A DNA stretch of 64,000 bases from Hyphomicrobiales bacterium (GTDB lineage Bacteria > Pseudomonadota > Alphaproteobacteria > Parvibaculales > Parvibaculaceae). Location of the stretch: positions 16,594 through 80,593 of the forward strand of contig WGND01000002.1 of assembly GCA_016124805.1 (NCBI GenBank). Reading direction: 5' to 3'. The stretch's first letter is position 1, and every line of letters starts with the position of its first letter. Positions 49,782 through 58,369 of this stretch are shown piece after piece. Position numbers and translations under genes: made by a program. A model generated the notes under the pieces. That model was not told the DNA's origin, did no database searches, and was given only the letters and a program-made list of their open reading frames with translations.

Positions 49782-50210
49782 GTGCCTCTCCTCAACGCGT
49801 CAAAAATGACGAAACAACCGCATGTCCTGGCCTGTCGGCGAAACATGTCGGCATAGTAAAAAGCCTCTGCAGGACAGGCCTGCGACAGCTTTGCGAAATA
49901 TTGTGGGGTGTCGAGGGCGGGGTGATCTCACCCAGCTTGTCTGCAATTCGCGTCAGATCGGCTCGACTTCATCCGGGGCATTAGCCCCTCAGACTATATA
50001 TCGGCATATGCATTCTCCTCAGAAACCTAGCTGCCGTGCAAAGCACCGCCCAACTTTCAAAAAGAGACGCGTACGTCGTTACCGAAACCAGTTTTACTGA
50101 GGCACGTGCGATTGCGTTCTTACGCGCTGTGTAGTGAGCCGCTGCATTAATGTCAATAAAAACTAGCGTTTTAGAGAGACCCGCATGAAAATTTCATATT
50201 GGCACAGCGC

Positions 50211-51563
50211 TCAGGCGGAACCGGCTTTGTGAATTTCCGCTGCCGCCCGGATGCCGGATTGAAGGGCGCCGTCCATGTAGCCCGCCCATTCGGTCGCGGT
50301 TTCCGTTCCGGCCCAATGCAGCCGTCCGACTGGGTCCCGGATGACATCGCCAAATGTCGTCATGACACCGGGCGCCATATGCGCGACATAGCAACCCCGG
50401 CTCCATTCTTCAGACGTCCAGTCCTGATCGACATAATCAATCGGATTGGCCGCCAAAGGTCCGAAGTAATCCGTCAAGGCCGAGATCACATTCTGCCGCC
50501 GCGCATTGTCGCCCTGGGCACTCATTTCCACAGCATGGTCGCCGTCGATAAAGCCCACGAGAATGCCGACACTTTCATCATCGGGCGACTGGTCAAAGAC
50601 AACATTGAACGCATGGGCGTCGCTGGCCACCTGGCCTGACAGCCCCATCTGGCGCCAGAAGGGTTTGTCATAGGCAATATGCACCTTGATCACCGAGGCC
50701 ATGGGCATGCGCTGCAAAAGCGCGTCCCGCTTGGCGGGCAGGGGCACATCAAAATGAATGCGCGCGGCCAGCGTCGGCGGGACCGCCATCACCACATGGC
50801 CGGCCGAAAAAGTGCCCTTGTCCGTCCGCACCGTCACACCGGTCTCATGCTGATGGATGGCGCGCACGGGCGTATCCAGAATGACGGGTGAGGTGAGCTT
50901 CTCGGCCAAAAGCCGCGCGATGCGATGCGCGCCCCCTCTGAATTTTGCCTCCTGCGCGCCACCCTCCACGCCAATGAGTGATTCAACACCATGGCCGGAC
51001 CGCAGATATTCGAGAAAAAACAGATAGGACATCTGGGCCGGCTCGGCGCAGAAGACCGCCCGGGTAACGATGCGGGCAAAGCTGCGTGCGCCCGCCGTCC
51101 GGATCTGGCTCCTGATCCATGTTTCAAGCGTCTGGCTGTCCCAGTCCCGGGCGAGCTTTGCCGTCCATGGGGCCTCGGCAGGCAGTTGCCCCATTTCCCT
51201 GTCCCAGCGCTTGACCACCCGGTCAAGCTCCAGCAGCGAGAGAATGGGAAGCTTGGGAATATCGCCTGTATAGGTGCGTCGCTTGCCTTCATACCAAAGG
51301 ACCTGCTCGCCTCTGGCATATTGCGCATAGGTTTCAACGCCCAGATGTGCCGCCTCGGCGAGCAACAGCTTCTGGGCCGGGCCAACCCATTGGCCGCCCC
51401 GGTCGATCACCTGCCCGGCAATCTCGCCGGGTTTCAGGCGTCCGCCGACGCGATCACGGGCTTCCAGAACAATGACGCCATGCCCCCTGGCTTCAAGCTC
51501 TGCCGCTGCCTTGAGCCCGGCCAGCCCTGCCCCCACCACGATGACATCTGCCTTGGTGTCCAT
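50211..51563 (-). CDS. Flavin-containing amine oxidase (MAO/putrescine-oxidase-like)
   Basis: DVIVVGAGLAGL.AA.EL...G..V.VLEARDRVGGR, and a C-terminal ..L.WAGTETA..W.GYM.GA..SG. Confidence 0.85.
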   Translation of the reverse strand: MDTKADVIVVGAGLAGLKAAAELEARGHGVIVLEARDRVGGRLKPGEIAGQVIDRGGQWVGPAQKLLLAEAAHLGVETYAQYARGEQVLWYEGKRRTYTGDIPKLPILSLLELDRVVKRWDREMGQLPAEAPWTAKLARDWDSQTLETWIRSQIRTAGARSFARIVTRAVFCAEPAQMSYLFFLEYLRSGHGVESLIGVEGGAQEAKFRGGAHRIARLLAEKLTSPVILDTPVRAIHQHETGVTVRTDKGTFSAGHVVMAVPPTLAARIHFDVPLPAKRDALLQRMPMASVIKVHIAYDKPFWRQMGLSGQVASDAHAFNVVFDQSPDDESVGILVGFIDGDHAVEMSAQGDNARRQNVISALTDYFGPLAANPIDYVDQDWTSEEWSRGCYVAHMAPGVMTTFGDVIRDPVGRLHWAGTETATEWAGYMDGALQSGIRAAAEIHKAGSA

Positions 51564-51606
51564 GTTTCCTCCTCAGGCGACCCATCAGGTTGCACGCGCT
51601 GGCTGA

Positions 51607-52548
51607 TCAGCCAAAGTTGTGAGCACTAGCGAGCCCACCGAGGCGACCGGTGATCGTGAAAAATTCCGCAATGGTTTCGTCGATGATCTCCTTGGCGGTC
51701 TTCACCCGGTCGATAAGGCCTGATGTCTGCCCCGCCAGTCCGACGGCTGCTTCCATGTCGCCCCCAAAATAGAGATCAAGAATGCGCGAGAAGGTATCGG
51801 CAGGCATCAGACCAGCTTCCGCAATCTCGGCTGTCCGATTGGTCTTGAGCGCCCGGATGCAGGGTGTTGATTTTTTGTTGAGCACGACGGTCCCGGTTTC
51901 CTTGGCGTCCACAATCGCCTGCTTGTAATTGGCGTGGACCGGGCTTTCGGCCGCACTGACAAAACGGGTGCCCATCTGCACCGCTTCGGCGCCGAGTGCG
52001 AAGGCCGCCGCCATGCCGCGCCCGTCGCAAATGCCGCCGGCCGCGATCATGGGAATATCGGAACGGGCGCGGATCGCCTGAAGCAGAACGAGCGAGGAGA
52101 CCTCTTCCGGATTCTTGAAGCCACCACCTTCTGCGCCTTCGACCACCAGGCCATCAATACCGGCATCGACGCATTTCATCGCCGCATCGACCGTCGGGAC
52201 GGCGTGATAGACGATGATGCCGGCCTCCTTTAGCGGGCCGATAAACTTGGCCGGGCTGCCCGCCGAGGTGGTGACGAATTTCACGCCTGAATTGCAGACG
52301 AAATCCAGAATGGCCGGGTCGCGCAGAAACAGGATGGGCAGATTGACGCCAAAGGGAGCGGAGGTGAGGTCCTTCATCTTGAGTATCTCGGCTTTGCAGT
52401 TCTCCGTCTCGCCGGACGACGTCTCAATGATGCCCAGACCACCGGCATTGCACACAGCCGAAGCAAGCTGCGAGCGGGCAATCCACCCCATGGGGGCCTG
52501 TACGATCGGATATTTTGCGCCTGTATGCGCCAATACGCGGTTCATCAT
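51607..52548 (-). CDS. Nitronate monooxygenase (NMO / 2-nitropropane dioxygenase family)
   Basis: YPIVQAPMGWI, AAGGI.DGRG.AAA.ALGA..VQMGT.F motifs. Confidence 0.85.
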   Translation of the reverse strand: MMNRVLAHTGAKYPIVQAPMGWIARSQLASAVCNAGGLGIIETSSGETENCKAEILKMKDLTSAPFGVNLPILFLRDPAILDFVCNSGVKFVTTSAGSPAKFIGPLKEAGIIVYHAVPTVDAAMKCVDAGIDGLVVEGAEGGGFKNPEEVSSLVLLQAIRARSDIPMIAAGGICDGRGMAAAFALGAEAVQMGTRFVSAAESPVHANYKQAIVDAKETGTVVLNKKSTPCIRALKTNRTAEIAEAGLMPADTFSRILDLYFGGDMEAAVGLAGQTSGLIDRVKTAKEIIDETIAEFFTITGRLGGLASAHNFG

Positions 52549-52654
52549 CTTCTCCCTGATTTTCTAATTTTGATGGGGAGAGTAGGCCCGCTAGGCGCCC
52601 TGATTGCAAGACGCCAGCTTTGCAGGATACGCGGCCAAATTCAGACAGGCCCGC

Positions 52655-52692
52655 ACGAAAAAGGCATGGGAGAGTTCCCTCCCCCATGCCTT
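52655..52692 (-). terminator. Rho-independent terminator after the phasin-like gene
   Basis: Perfect 10-bp stem AAGGCATGGG-N12-CCCATGCCTT, followed by TTTTC on the - strand. Confidence 0.6.
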
Positions 52693-52713
52693 CAATTTAT
52701 TTGCGGCGACGGA

Positions 52714-53259
52714 TTACTTAAAGTGGCCGTAAGCCTTGGATACAGCCGCCGACAGGTCCTTATAGGCGGCCTCGACGCCCGTACGGATTTCGTCGAAGGC
52801 GCCTTCACCCTGCTTGGAGAGCACGGCGGCACGCTTTTTGAGGGCGGCACGGTCAGCCTTGAGCTTCTTCAGCATCGTGGCAAAACGCTTCTCCGTGGAC
52901 TTCAGGGCCTTCTTGGCTTCCTTCTCAGCCTGATCGACGGCCTTGGATACCGTCTTGATCTGCTTTTCGAGTTCCTTTTTCACTTTCGCTTTTTCAGGCG
53001 AAAGCTTGGCGGCAACCTTTTTGGCTGCGGCTTTTTTCGGCGCGGCCTTCTTGGCCACAGCCTTCTTCACGGCTGCTCTCTTGGGGGCTGCCTTCTTCAC
53101 GGCGGCCTTGGCCTTTTTGACCGTCGCCTTTTTGGCAGCAGGCTTCTTGGCTGCGGCTTTCTTGGCAGCAGGCTTTTTGGCGGGCGCTTTTTTCTTGGCG
53201 GGTGCAGGCGCCGTCGTCGGTGCCGGGGTGGCGGCTACGGACATATCATCAGTGCTCAT
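52714..53259 (-). CDS. Lys/Ala-rich (histone H1/AlgP-like AAKKPAAKK repeats) protein with a phasin-like coiled-coil C-terminus
   Basis: 181 aa counted from the ATG at 53259, which follows AGGAGAAG. The repeats are PAKKKAPAKKPAAKKAAAKKPAAKKATVKKAKAAVKKAAPKRAAVKKAVAKKAAPKKAAAKK. The C-terminus has helical heptad-like sequence. Confidence 0.6.
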   Translation of the reverse strand: MSTDDMSVAATPAPTTAPAPAKKKAPAKKPAAKKAAAKKPAAKKATVKKAKAAVKKAAPKRAAVKKAVAKKAAPKKAAAKKVAAKLSPEKAKVKKELEKQIKTVSKAVDQAEKEAKKALKSTEKRFATMLKKLKADRAALKKRAAVLSKQGEGAFDEIRTGVEAAYKDLSAAVSKAYGHFK

Positions 53260-53543
53260 TGCCACTATTCTTCTCCTGGAAGGGTTAGGGGTCGGCTTGG
53301 CTGTGTCGGGTTTGATCTTGATCTCGCTGACAGGATGCGCGCCGGTTCGGCGTGTGACGACCGATCTGCGTGTTGCCGAAGGGCGGTTGCCGGAGCCACC
53401 GCGCCGTCTGCTTGTTTCCATCATGATGTCGAGCCTCAAGTAACGACGTCGCAAATGCCGCTCGGCGCCTTTGCGCCGATGACGCAACAGTGACGCGAAT
53501 ATGAAATCGGTTCAAGTAAAAGGGTTGAATTTCAAATGAAGAC

Positions 53544-53579
53544 CATCTGCTTTCAACGCGCATGTGGCGTTCGCAGATG
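53544..53579 (-). terminator. Possible terminator after the methyltransferase gene
   Basis: CATCTGC...GCAGATG (a 7-bp outer stem with inner AACGC/GCGTT pairing), followed by a moderately T-rich tail on the - strand. Confidence 0.3.
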
Positions 53580-53605
53580 ATGACATTCTCCGGCGCTGCA
53601 AATCG

Positions 53606-54406
53606 TCAGCCGGTTTCAACCAGTCGATAGCCGCAGTCCAACTCGGCAAGGTCGAACAAGTCAGCATAGCGCTGCGCCCATGCGCCACTCATCAAGTCTG
53701 CCTCGAGCTTTTTCAGCCCGATTGAAACATCCCCCAGCGCCCAGAAAGACGACATCGCCGCGCGGACCCGCTCATCAAGATAGGCTGCGGGACGGCGCCA
53801 ATACCCAGCCAGAAACCCATCGCTACAGTCGTGTGGAATGGGCACGACCGAAACCTTTGTGGGCCCCAACCATCTTTCATAGTCGGCGAGCGCGGGCATT
53901 TGTCCCTCATCCAATGTCACCAGGGCCGGGAAATAGTCTGCCAGCCAGAAGCCCCGGAAGGCGGGATCGTAGGTCAGAAAAACAATCTTATCGCGCGTCA
54001 CCCGGCGCATTTCCCTGACACCACGTTCCTTGTCTGACCAGTGATGGATTGTCAGAACCGCCATGGAGGCATCGAAGGACTTGTCGTCAAAAGGCAGCTC
54101 TTCGGCGCGGCCCCGGAAAACACGGGCGTTGGCTGTGCGGCGCTGCGCGATCATTTTCGCTGACGGTTCGATGGACGTGACCTGTCGGCTGGCGGGTTCA
54201 TATGAACCCGTCCCGGCACCCACATTCAAAACGGTTTGGGCTGTGCCCAAGGCATCCTCAATCTGCCGGGCGATGCGGGGGTCCGGGCGTCTCAGATCGG
54301 CATAGTTCAGTCCAATTGTGTCGTATCGCGCGTCCATATGATCATCTGACATGAGGAGATTTGCCTTGCCGGTACCCGCGGCGGTTTTATGCTTGAAAGC
54401 TGCCAT
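53606..54406 (-). CDS. Class I SAM-dependent methyltransferase
   Basis: LNVGAGTGSYEP (motif I) and FD....VLTIHHW. The start is uncertain, with alternatives at 54352 and 54337. Confidence 0.75.
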   Translation of the reverse strand: MAAFKHKTAAGTGKANLLMSDDHMDARYDTIGLNYADLRRPDPRIARQIEDALGTAQTVLNVGAGTGSYEPASRQVTSIEPSAKMIAQRRTANARVFRGRAEELPFDDKSFDASMAVLTIHHWSDKERGVREMRRVTRDKIVFLTYDPAFRGFWLADYFPALVTLDEGQMPALADYERWLGPTKVSVVPIPHDCSDGFLAGYWRRPAAYLDERVRAAMSSFWALGDVSIGLKKLEADLMSGAWAQRYADLFDLAELDCGYRLVETG

Positions 54407-54575
54407 TCATACCGGGAAACGAGGTGTGAATGCGCTCAATTCGTATCCTTTCATTGGGAATTTCGTAAGGAGTTTGGCGTTCAATAGAAGTTGAGTCCAA
54501 TACCGCCCTGATGCGGGGTCGCTCCCATTATTTGACGGGGTGATCTTCAGGGCGCCTGTTTTCAAGACCGGATAA

Positions 54576-55445
54576 ATGAGCAGACACCATATGGAAGACG
54601 CCGCTGGCACGAAAAAACCGGTGCTCATGTTGTTGCATGGCATGTGGTGCCGCCCGCTTGTCTGGGAAAAGATGGCCCGCCACTTCGAGGTCAACGGCTT
54701 CAAGGTGGTGATGCCCACCCTGCGCCATCACGATATTGAACCCGGCCAGACGCCGCATCAGGAACTTGGTCATACCAGCCTGAAAGACTATCTCTGCGAT
54801 CTGGAGCGGGAAATTTCCTATCTGAATGAGCCCCCATATGTGATCGGGCATTCCATGGGCGGCACGCTGATGCAGCTTCTGGCCGCGCGCGGCCTGATCA
54901 AGGCGGGTATCGGTCTGGCGCCGGCGCAATGCGCCGGGACAGTCAATCTGGATCCGCGTTCGCTCTGGATTTTCCGGCGCGAATTTCTGACCTATGGCTT
55001 CTGGCGCAAGCCCCATCTCCCCAGCTTCGGGGCCATGAAATTCGGTGTCCTGAACGGTTTGCCCGAACCCGAACAGCAGGCGCTTTATGGCATGCTGATC
55101 CCTGAATCCGGGCGCGCCATGTTCGAGATCGGCTACTGGTTTGCCGACAAAGACCGAACCACATGGATCAATCCGGGTGCCGTCAATACGCCGATGTGGT
55201 TTGTCACGGGTGATCGCGACCGCATCACGCCGGCCTGGCTCACCAAGCGCATGGCCATGGAATATGGCGCCAATGTCGCTGTGGACATCCTGCCCGATCG
55301 CGGGCACTGGCTGCCCTCCGAAGAGGGCTGGGACAGCCTTGCCCAGCGCTGCGTGGAATATCTCCGCTCAGACGTCGTGACGCGACATGCCGCCCACGCG
55401 ACAAGCCCCGCTCAGTCACGCTTCCCGGAACTTGCAATAAACTGA
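54576..55445 (+). CDS. Alpha/beta-fold hydrolase
   Basis: PVLMLLHGMW (oxyanion region) and the nucleophile elbow IGHSMGG. Confidence 0.75.
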   Translation: MSRHHMEDAAGTKKPVLMLLHGMWCRPLVWEKMARHFEVNGFKVVMPTLRHHDIEPGQTPHQELGHTSLKDYLCDLEREISYLNEPPYVIGHSMGGTLMQLLAARGLIKAGIGLAPAQCAGTVNLDPRSLWIFRREFLTYGFWRKPHLPSFGAMKFGVLNGLPEPEQQALYGMLIPESGRAMFEIGYWFADKDRTTWINPGAVNTPMWFVTGDRDRITPAWLTKRMAMEYGANVAVDILPDRGHWLPSEEGWDSLAQRCVEYLRSDVVTRHAAHATSPAQSRFPELAIN

Positions 55446-55447
55446 CG

Positions 55448-57187
55448 CTATTCGGCGGCAAGTGCAGAGGCAGGCGCCTTCTGATGGCCGCGCACCAGCT
55501 TGCCCGGCAACGCGCCCGTCGCCACACCCTCGCGATAGATCACCTCGCCATTGGCAATTGTCGCCACATAGCCGATGGCTTCCTGCATCAGGCGGCGGGC
55601 ATTTGACGGCAGGTCATAGACCATATGCGGCGGCTTGAGCTGCAGGCGGTCAAAATCAATCACATTGAGATCGGCCTTGTAGCCCGGCGCAATCACGCCC
55701 CTGTCGAGCAGGCCCACAGCGCGGGCTGTGTCCTGTGACTGTGCCTTGATGATCCAGGGCAGCGGCAGTTTCTCGCCGCGGGCACGGTCACGCGCCCAAT
55801 GGGTCAGCATGTAAGTCGGGAAGCTGCCATCGCAGATGACGCCGCAATGCGCCCCGCCATCCGACAGGCCAGGCACCGTATTGGGGTCGCGCAGCATGAC
55901 GCTCAGGTCCTGCAGATCAAAATGGGCATAGTTGAGCAGCGGGAAATAAATGAAGCCGCGCCCGGCATCGGCAAGCAGCACATCATAGACAAGCTCGTCT
56001 GGCGCCCGTCCCTCGCGCGCGGCGCGATGGGCCAGGCTGGTATCGGGTGCCGGTTCATAATCCGGCGGATCGCCGAGCTCAAACATCTTGTCATAGGCCG
56101 ACCCCACCATCATCGAGAAGGGATGACCGCGATCATTCTCTTCGGCCAGCAGTTTCGCGCGGAAGGCAGGATCCTTCATAATCGTCACCCGCTCATCCAG
56201 CGGCAGGCTGGCAATCGCGGCATAGGCAGGCCGCGTGATGAAGGGATTGAGCGAGCCCTGAAGGCCCAGCAGCAGGCCCACGGGACGGGCGGCCACCTGT
56301 CCGCGCATCTCCAGACCCGAATGGACAGCCTTGTCGAGACGGGCGAGCAACTCGCTCCACTGGTCGGGACGGGTATCATTCTGCAGCAGCGAGAAACTCA
56401 GCGGACGGCCGGACGTGGCGGCAAGCTCGCAGAGCATGTTGAATTCTTCTTCGGTGTCGATGAAGTCGGAGACAAATTGCAGCACGCCCTTGCCTGCCTC
56501 ACCCAGCCCCTTGGCAATGCCGGTCAGCTCTTCATGGGCCGCCCCCAGCGTCGGGGTCGGCTGGCCGTCACTGGTGCGATGAAGCATGGTGCGCGAGGTG
56601 GAAAAACCGATGGCACCAGCCTCCACGGCTTCAAGCGCCAGACGGCCCATCTCCGCGATTTCAGCTTTGGTGGCGGCTTCGCGATTGGCGCCGCGTTCAC
56701 CCATCACATAGACGCGGAGCGCACCATGCGGCAGCTGGGCGACAATATCGATATCGCGCTTCCTGGCGTCGAGCGCATCGAGATAGTCAGGGAAGCTTTC
56801 CCAGTTCCATTTCAGCCCCTCATGGAGCGCGGCACCGGGAATATCTTCCACGCCTTCCATCAGGCGGATGAGCGTGCCGTGATCGCCTTTGCGGACAGGC
56901 GCGAAGCCGACGCCGCAATTGCCCATGACGACAGTCGTCGCTCCATGAATGGAGGAGGGCGTGATGCGCTCATCCCATGTTGCCTGACCATCATAATGGG
57001 TGTGGATATCAACCCAGCCGGGCGTGACGAGCAGCCCCGTGGCGTCGATCTCCTCGCGGCCTGTGCCCCGGACCTCGCCGACCTCGACAATCAGGCCATT
57101 GGTCACGGCGACATCGCCAGTGAAGGCATCGCCGCCACGTCCGTCATGAATGGTGCCGCCGCGAATTACGAGATCGAATTGGGACAT
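55448..57187 (-). CDS. N-acyl-D-amino-acid deacylase (D-aminoacylase) family amidohydrolase
   Basis: DLVIRGGTI.DG.G, PGWVDIHTHYD and GNCG.GFAP motifs, 579 aa. Confidence 0.85.
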   Translation of the reverse strand: MSQFDLVIRGGTIHDGRGGDAFTGDVAVTNGLIVEVGEVRGTGREEIDATGLLVTPGWVDIHTHYDGQATWDERITPSSIHGATTVVMGNCGVGFAPVRKGDHGTLIRLMEGVEDIPGAALHEGLKWNWESFPDYLDALDARKRDIDIVAQLPHGALRVYVMGERGANREAATKAEIAEMGRLALEAVEAGAIGFSTSRTMLHRTSDGQPTPTLGAAHEELTGIAKGLGEAGKGVLQFVSDFIDTEEEFNMLCELAATSGRPLSFSLLQNDTRPDQWSELLARLDKAVHSGLEMRGQVAARPVGLLLGLQGSLNPFITRPAYAAIASLPLDERVTIMKDPAFRAKLLAEENDRGHPFSMMVGSAYDKMFELGDPPDYEPAPDTSLAHRAAREGRAPDELVYDVLLADAGRGFIYFPLLNYAHFDLQDLSVMLRDPNTVPGLSDGGAHCGVICDGSFPTYMLTHWARDRARGEKLPLPWIIKAQSQDTARAVGLLDRGVIAPGYKADLNVIDFDRLQLKPPHMVYDLPSNARRLMQEAIGYVATIANGEVIYREGVATGALPGKLVRGHQKAPASALAAE

Positions 57188-57285
57188 TTTGCGCCCTCTG
57201 AGCTGTTGTTCTTTTCAGACAGCCTAGTGGAAGCCTCTCCATTTCCAAAGCCGGACCCGCAAGGCCGCCGCAACGCAGCGTCCGA

Positions 57286-58242
57286 TCAGGGCAGACCCAC
57301 CGGGACATGGGTCATCTTGTGCACTTCCAGCAATTCTTCGGGCGACAAACCCCATTGGCCGGCGGCCACATTCATGCGTATCTGGTCTGGTGAGCTGGCG
57401 CCCGCAATGACACTGCCGACATGGGGCTGGGCCACAAGCCAGCCAATGGCGAGATCAAGAATGGAATGGCCGCGCGAATTGGCAAAGGCTGTGAGGCGAT
57501 CCACCTTGCTGAAATTTTCATCCGTCAGCACCTTGGCCGCCAGATGCGGGAAAATTGTCAGACGCGCGCCGCCCGGCGTGGCTTCGCCGCGCTTGTATTT
57601 GCCGGTCAGCAAACCACGGGCAAGCGGATAGTAAGGCAGGATGCTGGCGCCATATTTCTGCGCCGCCGGAATGATGTCATTCTCGATGCTGCGGTCGAGC
57701 AGGTTGTAGTGGTTCTGCGCGGAAATGAAGGCGGTGTCATTGTTGTCGCGCGCCTTGTACCAGGCTTCGACAAGCTGCCAGCCGAGAAAATTGGATGAGC
57801 CGATATAGCGCACCTTGCCCGATGTCACGAGATCATCAAGTGCTGCCAGCGTTTCCTCAATGGGGGTATCCGGATCGGGGTAATGCAGCTGGTAGAGATC
57901 GATATAATCGGTGCCGAGACGGCGCAGACTGGCTTCCACCGCCTGCACGATATAGCGGCGCGAGCCGCCCTTCATATAGTCGCCCTCGCCCATGGGCAGG
58001 CCGAACTTGGTTGCCAGCACGATGTCCTTGCGGCGCGGGCCCAGCGCCCGACCCAGCATCACCTCGGAGCCACCCTTGCCGCCATAGGCATCGGCAGTGT
58101 CGAAAAGCGTGATGCCCTGCTCAATGGCGGAATGGACGATGGCATTGGTCGCATTCTGATCGCATTTCATCCCGAAATTATTGCAGCCCAGCCCGACAAC
58201 AGAGACTTTGAGACCTGAATTTCCCAGTGTTTTCAGTTGCAT
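57286..58242 (-). CDS. Aldo/keto reductase
   Basis: LG.SGL.VS..GLG.NNFG, FDTAD.YG.G.SE and DLYQ.H.PD motifs. The start is trimmed to the ATG at 58242. Confidence 0.9.
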   Translation of the reverse strand: MQLKTLGNSGLKVSVVGLGCNNFGMKCDQNATNAIVHSAIEQGITLFDTADAYGGKGGSEVMLGRALGPRRKDIVLATKFGLPMGEGDYMKGGSRRYIVQAVEASLRRLGTDYIDLYQLHYPDPDTPIEETLAALDDLVTSGKVRYIGSSNFLGWQLVEAWYKARDNNDTAFISAQNHYNLLDRSIENDIIPAAQKYGASILPYYPLARGLLTGKYKRGEATPGGARLTIFPHLAAKVLTDENFSKVDRLTAFANSRGHSILDLAIGWLVAQPHVGSVIAGASSPDQIRMNVAAGQWGLSPEELLEVHKMTHVPVGLP

Positions 58243-58335
58243 AAAGTTTTTATCCCTGTGTTTCCATGTGCATGGGGGCGTTTTTGGTCTCACACGCCAT
58301 TTGCCGAAAATCCTACAATAAATGCTGATTCAGTC

Positions 58336-58363
58336 TTGCGCGCCCAAGAATCCTCGTTAATAC
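58336..58363 (+). promoter_or_regulatory. Candidate sigma70-type promoter (TTGCGC-N16-TAATAC) for the non-coding unit below
   Basis: Read from the sequence. It is the only reasonable -35/-10 pair I found upstream of the structured region. Confidence 0.25.
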
Positions 58364-58369
58364 TGCTCT

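Noticed and set aside
50159-50172. AAAAC-GCTA-GTTTT hairpin after the amine oxidase stop, considered as a terminator
   Set aside because: It has only 5 bp, mostly A-U (with one G-C pair), so its predicted stability is too low to annotate.
52525-53493. 322-aa and 166-aa + strand ORFs (Leu/Gly/Phe/Arg repeats)
   Set aside because: They are antisense products of the Lys/Ala repeat DNA of the phasin-like gene. The repeat keeps all frames open, and only the - strand frame has a ribosome-binding site and a sensible protein.
55799-57631. 610-aa ORF on the + strand
   Set aside because: It is antisense to the D-aminoacylase gene and to part of the aldo/keto reductase gene. It has no motifs, and a high Arg/Gly/Ala content typical of out-of-strand frames.
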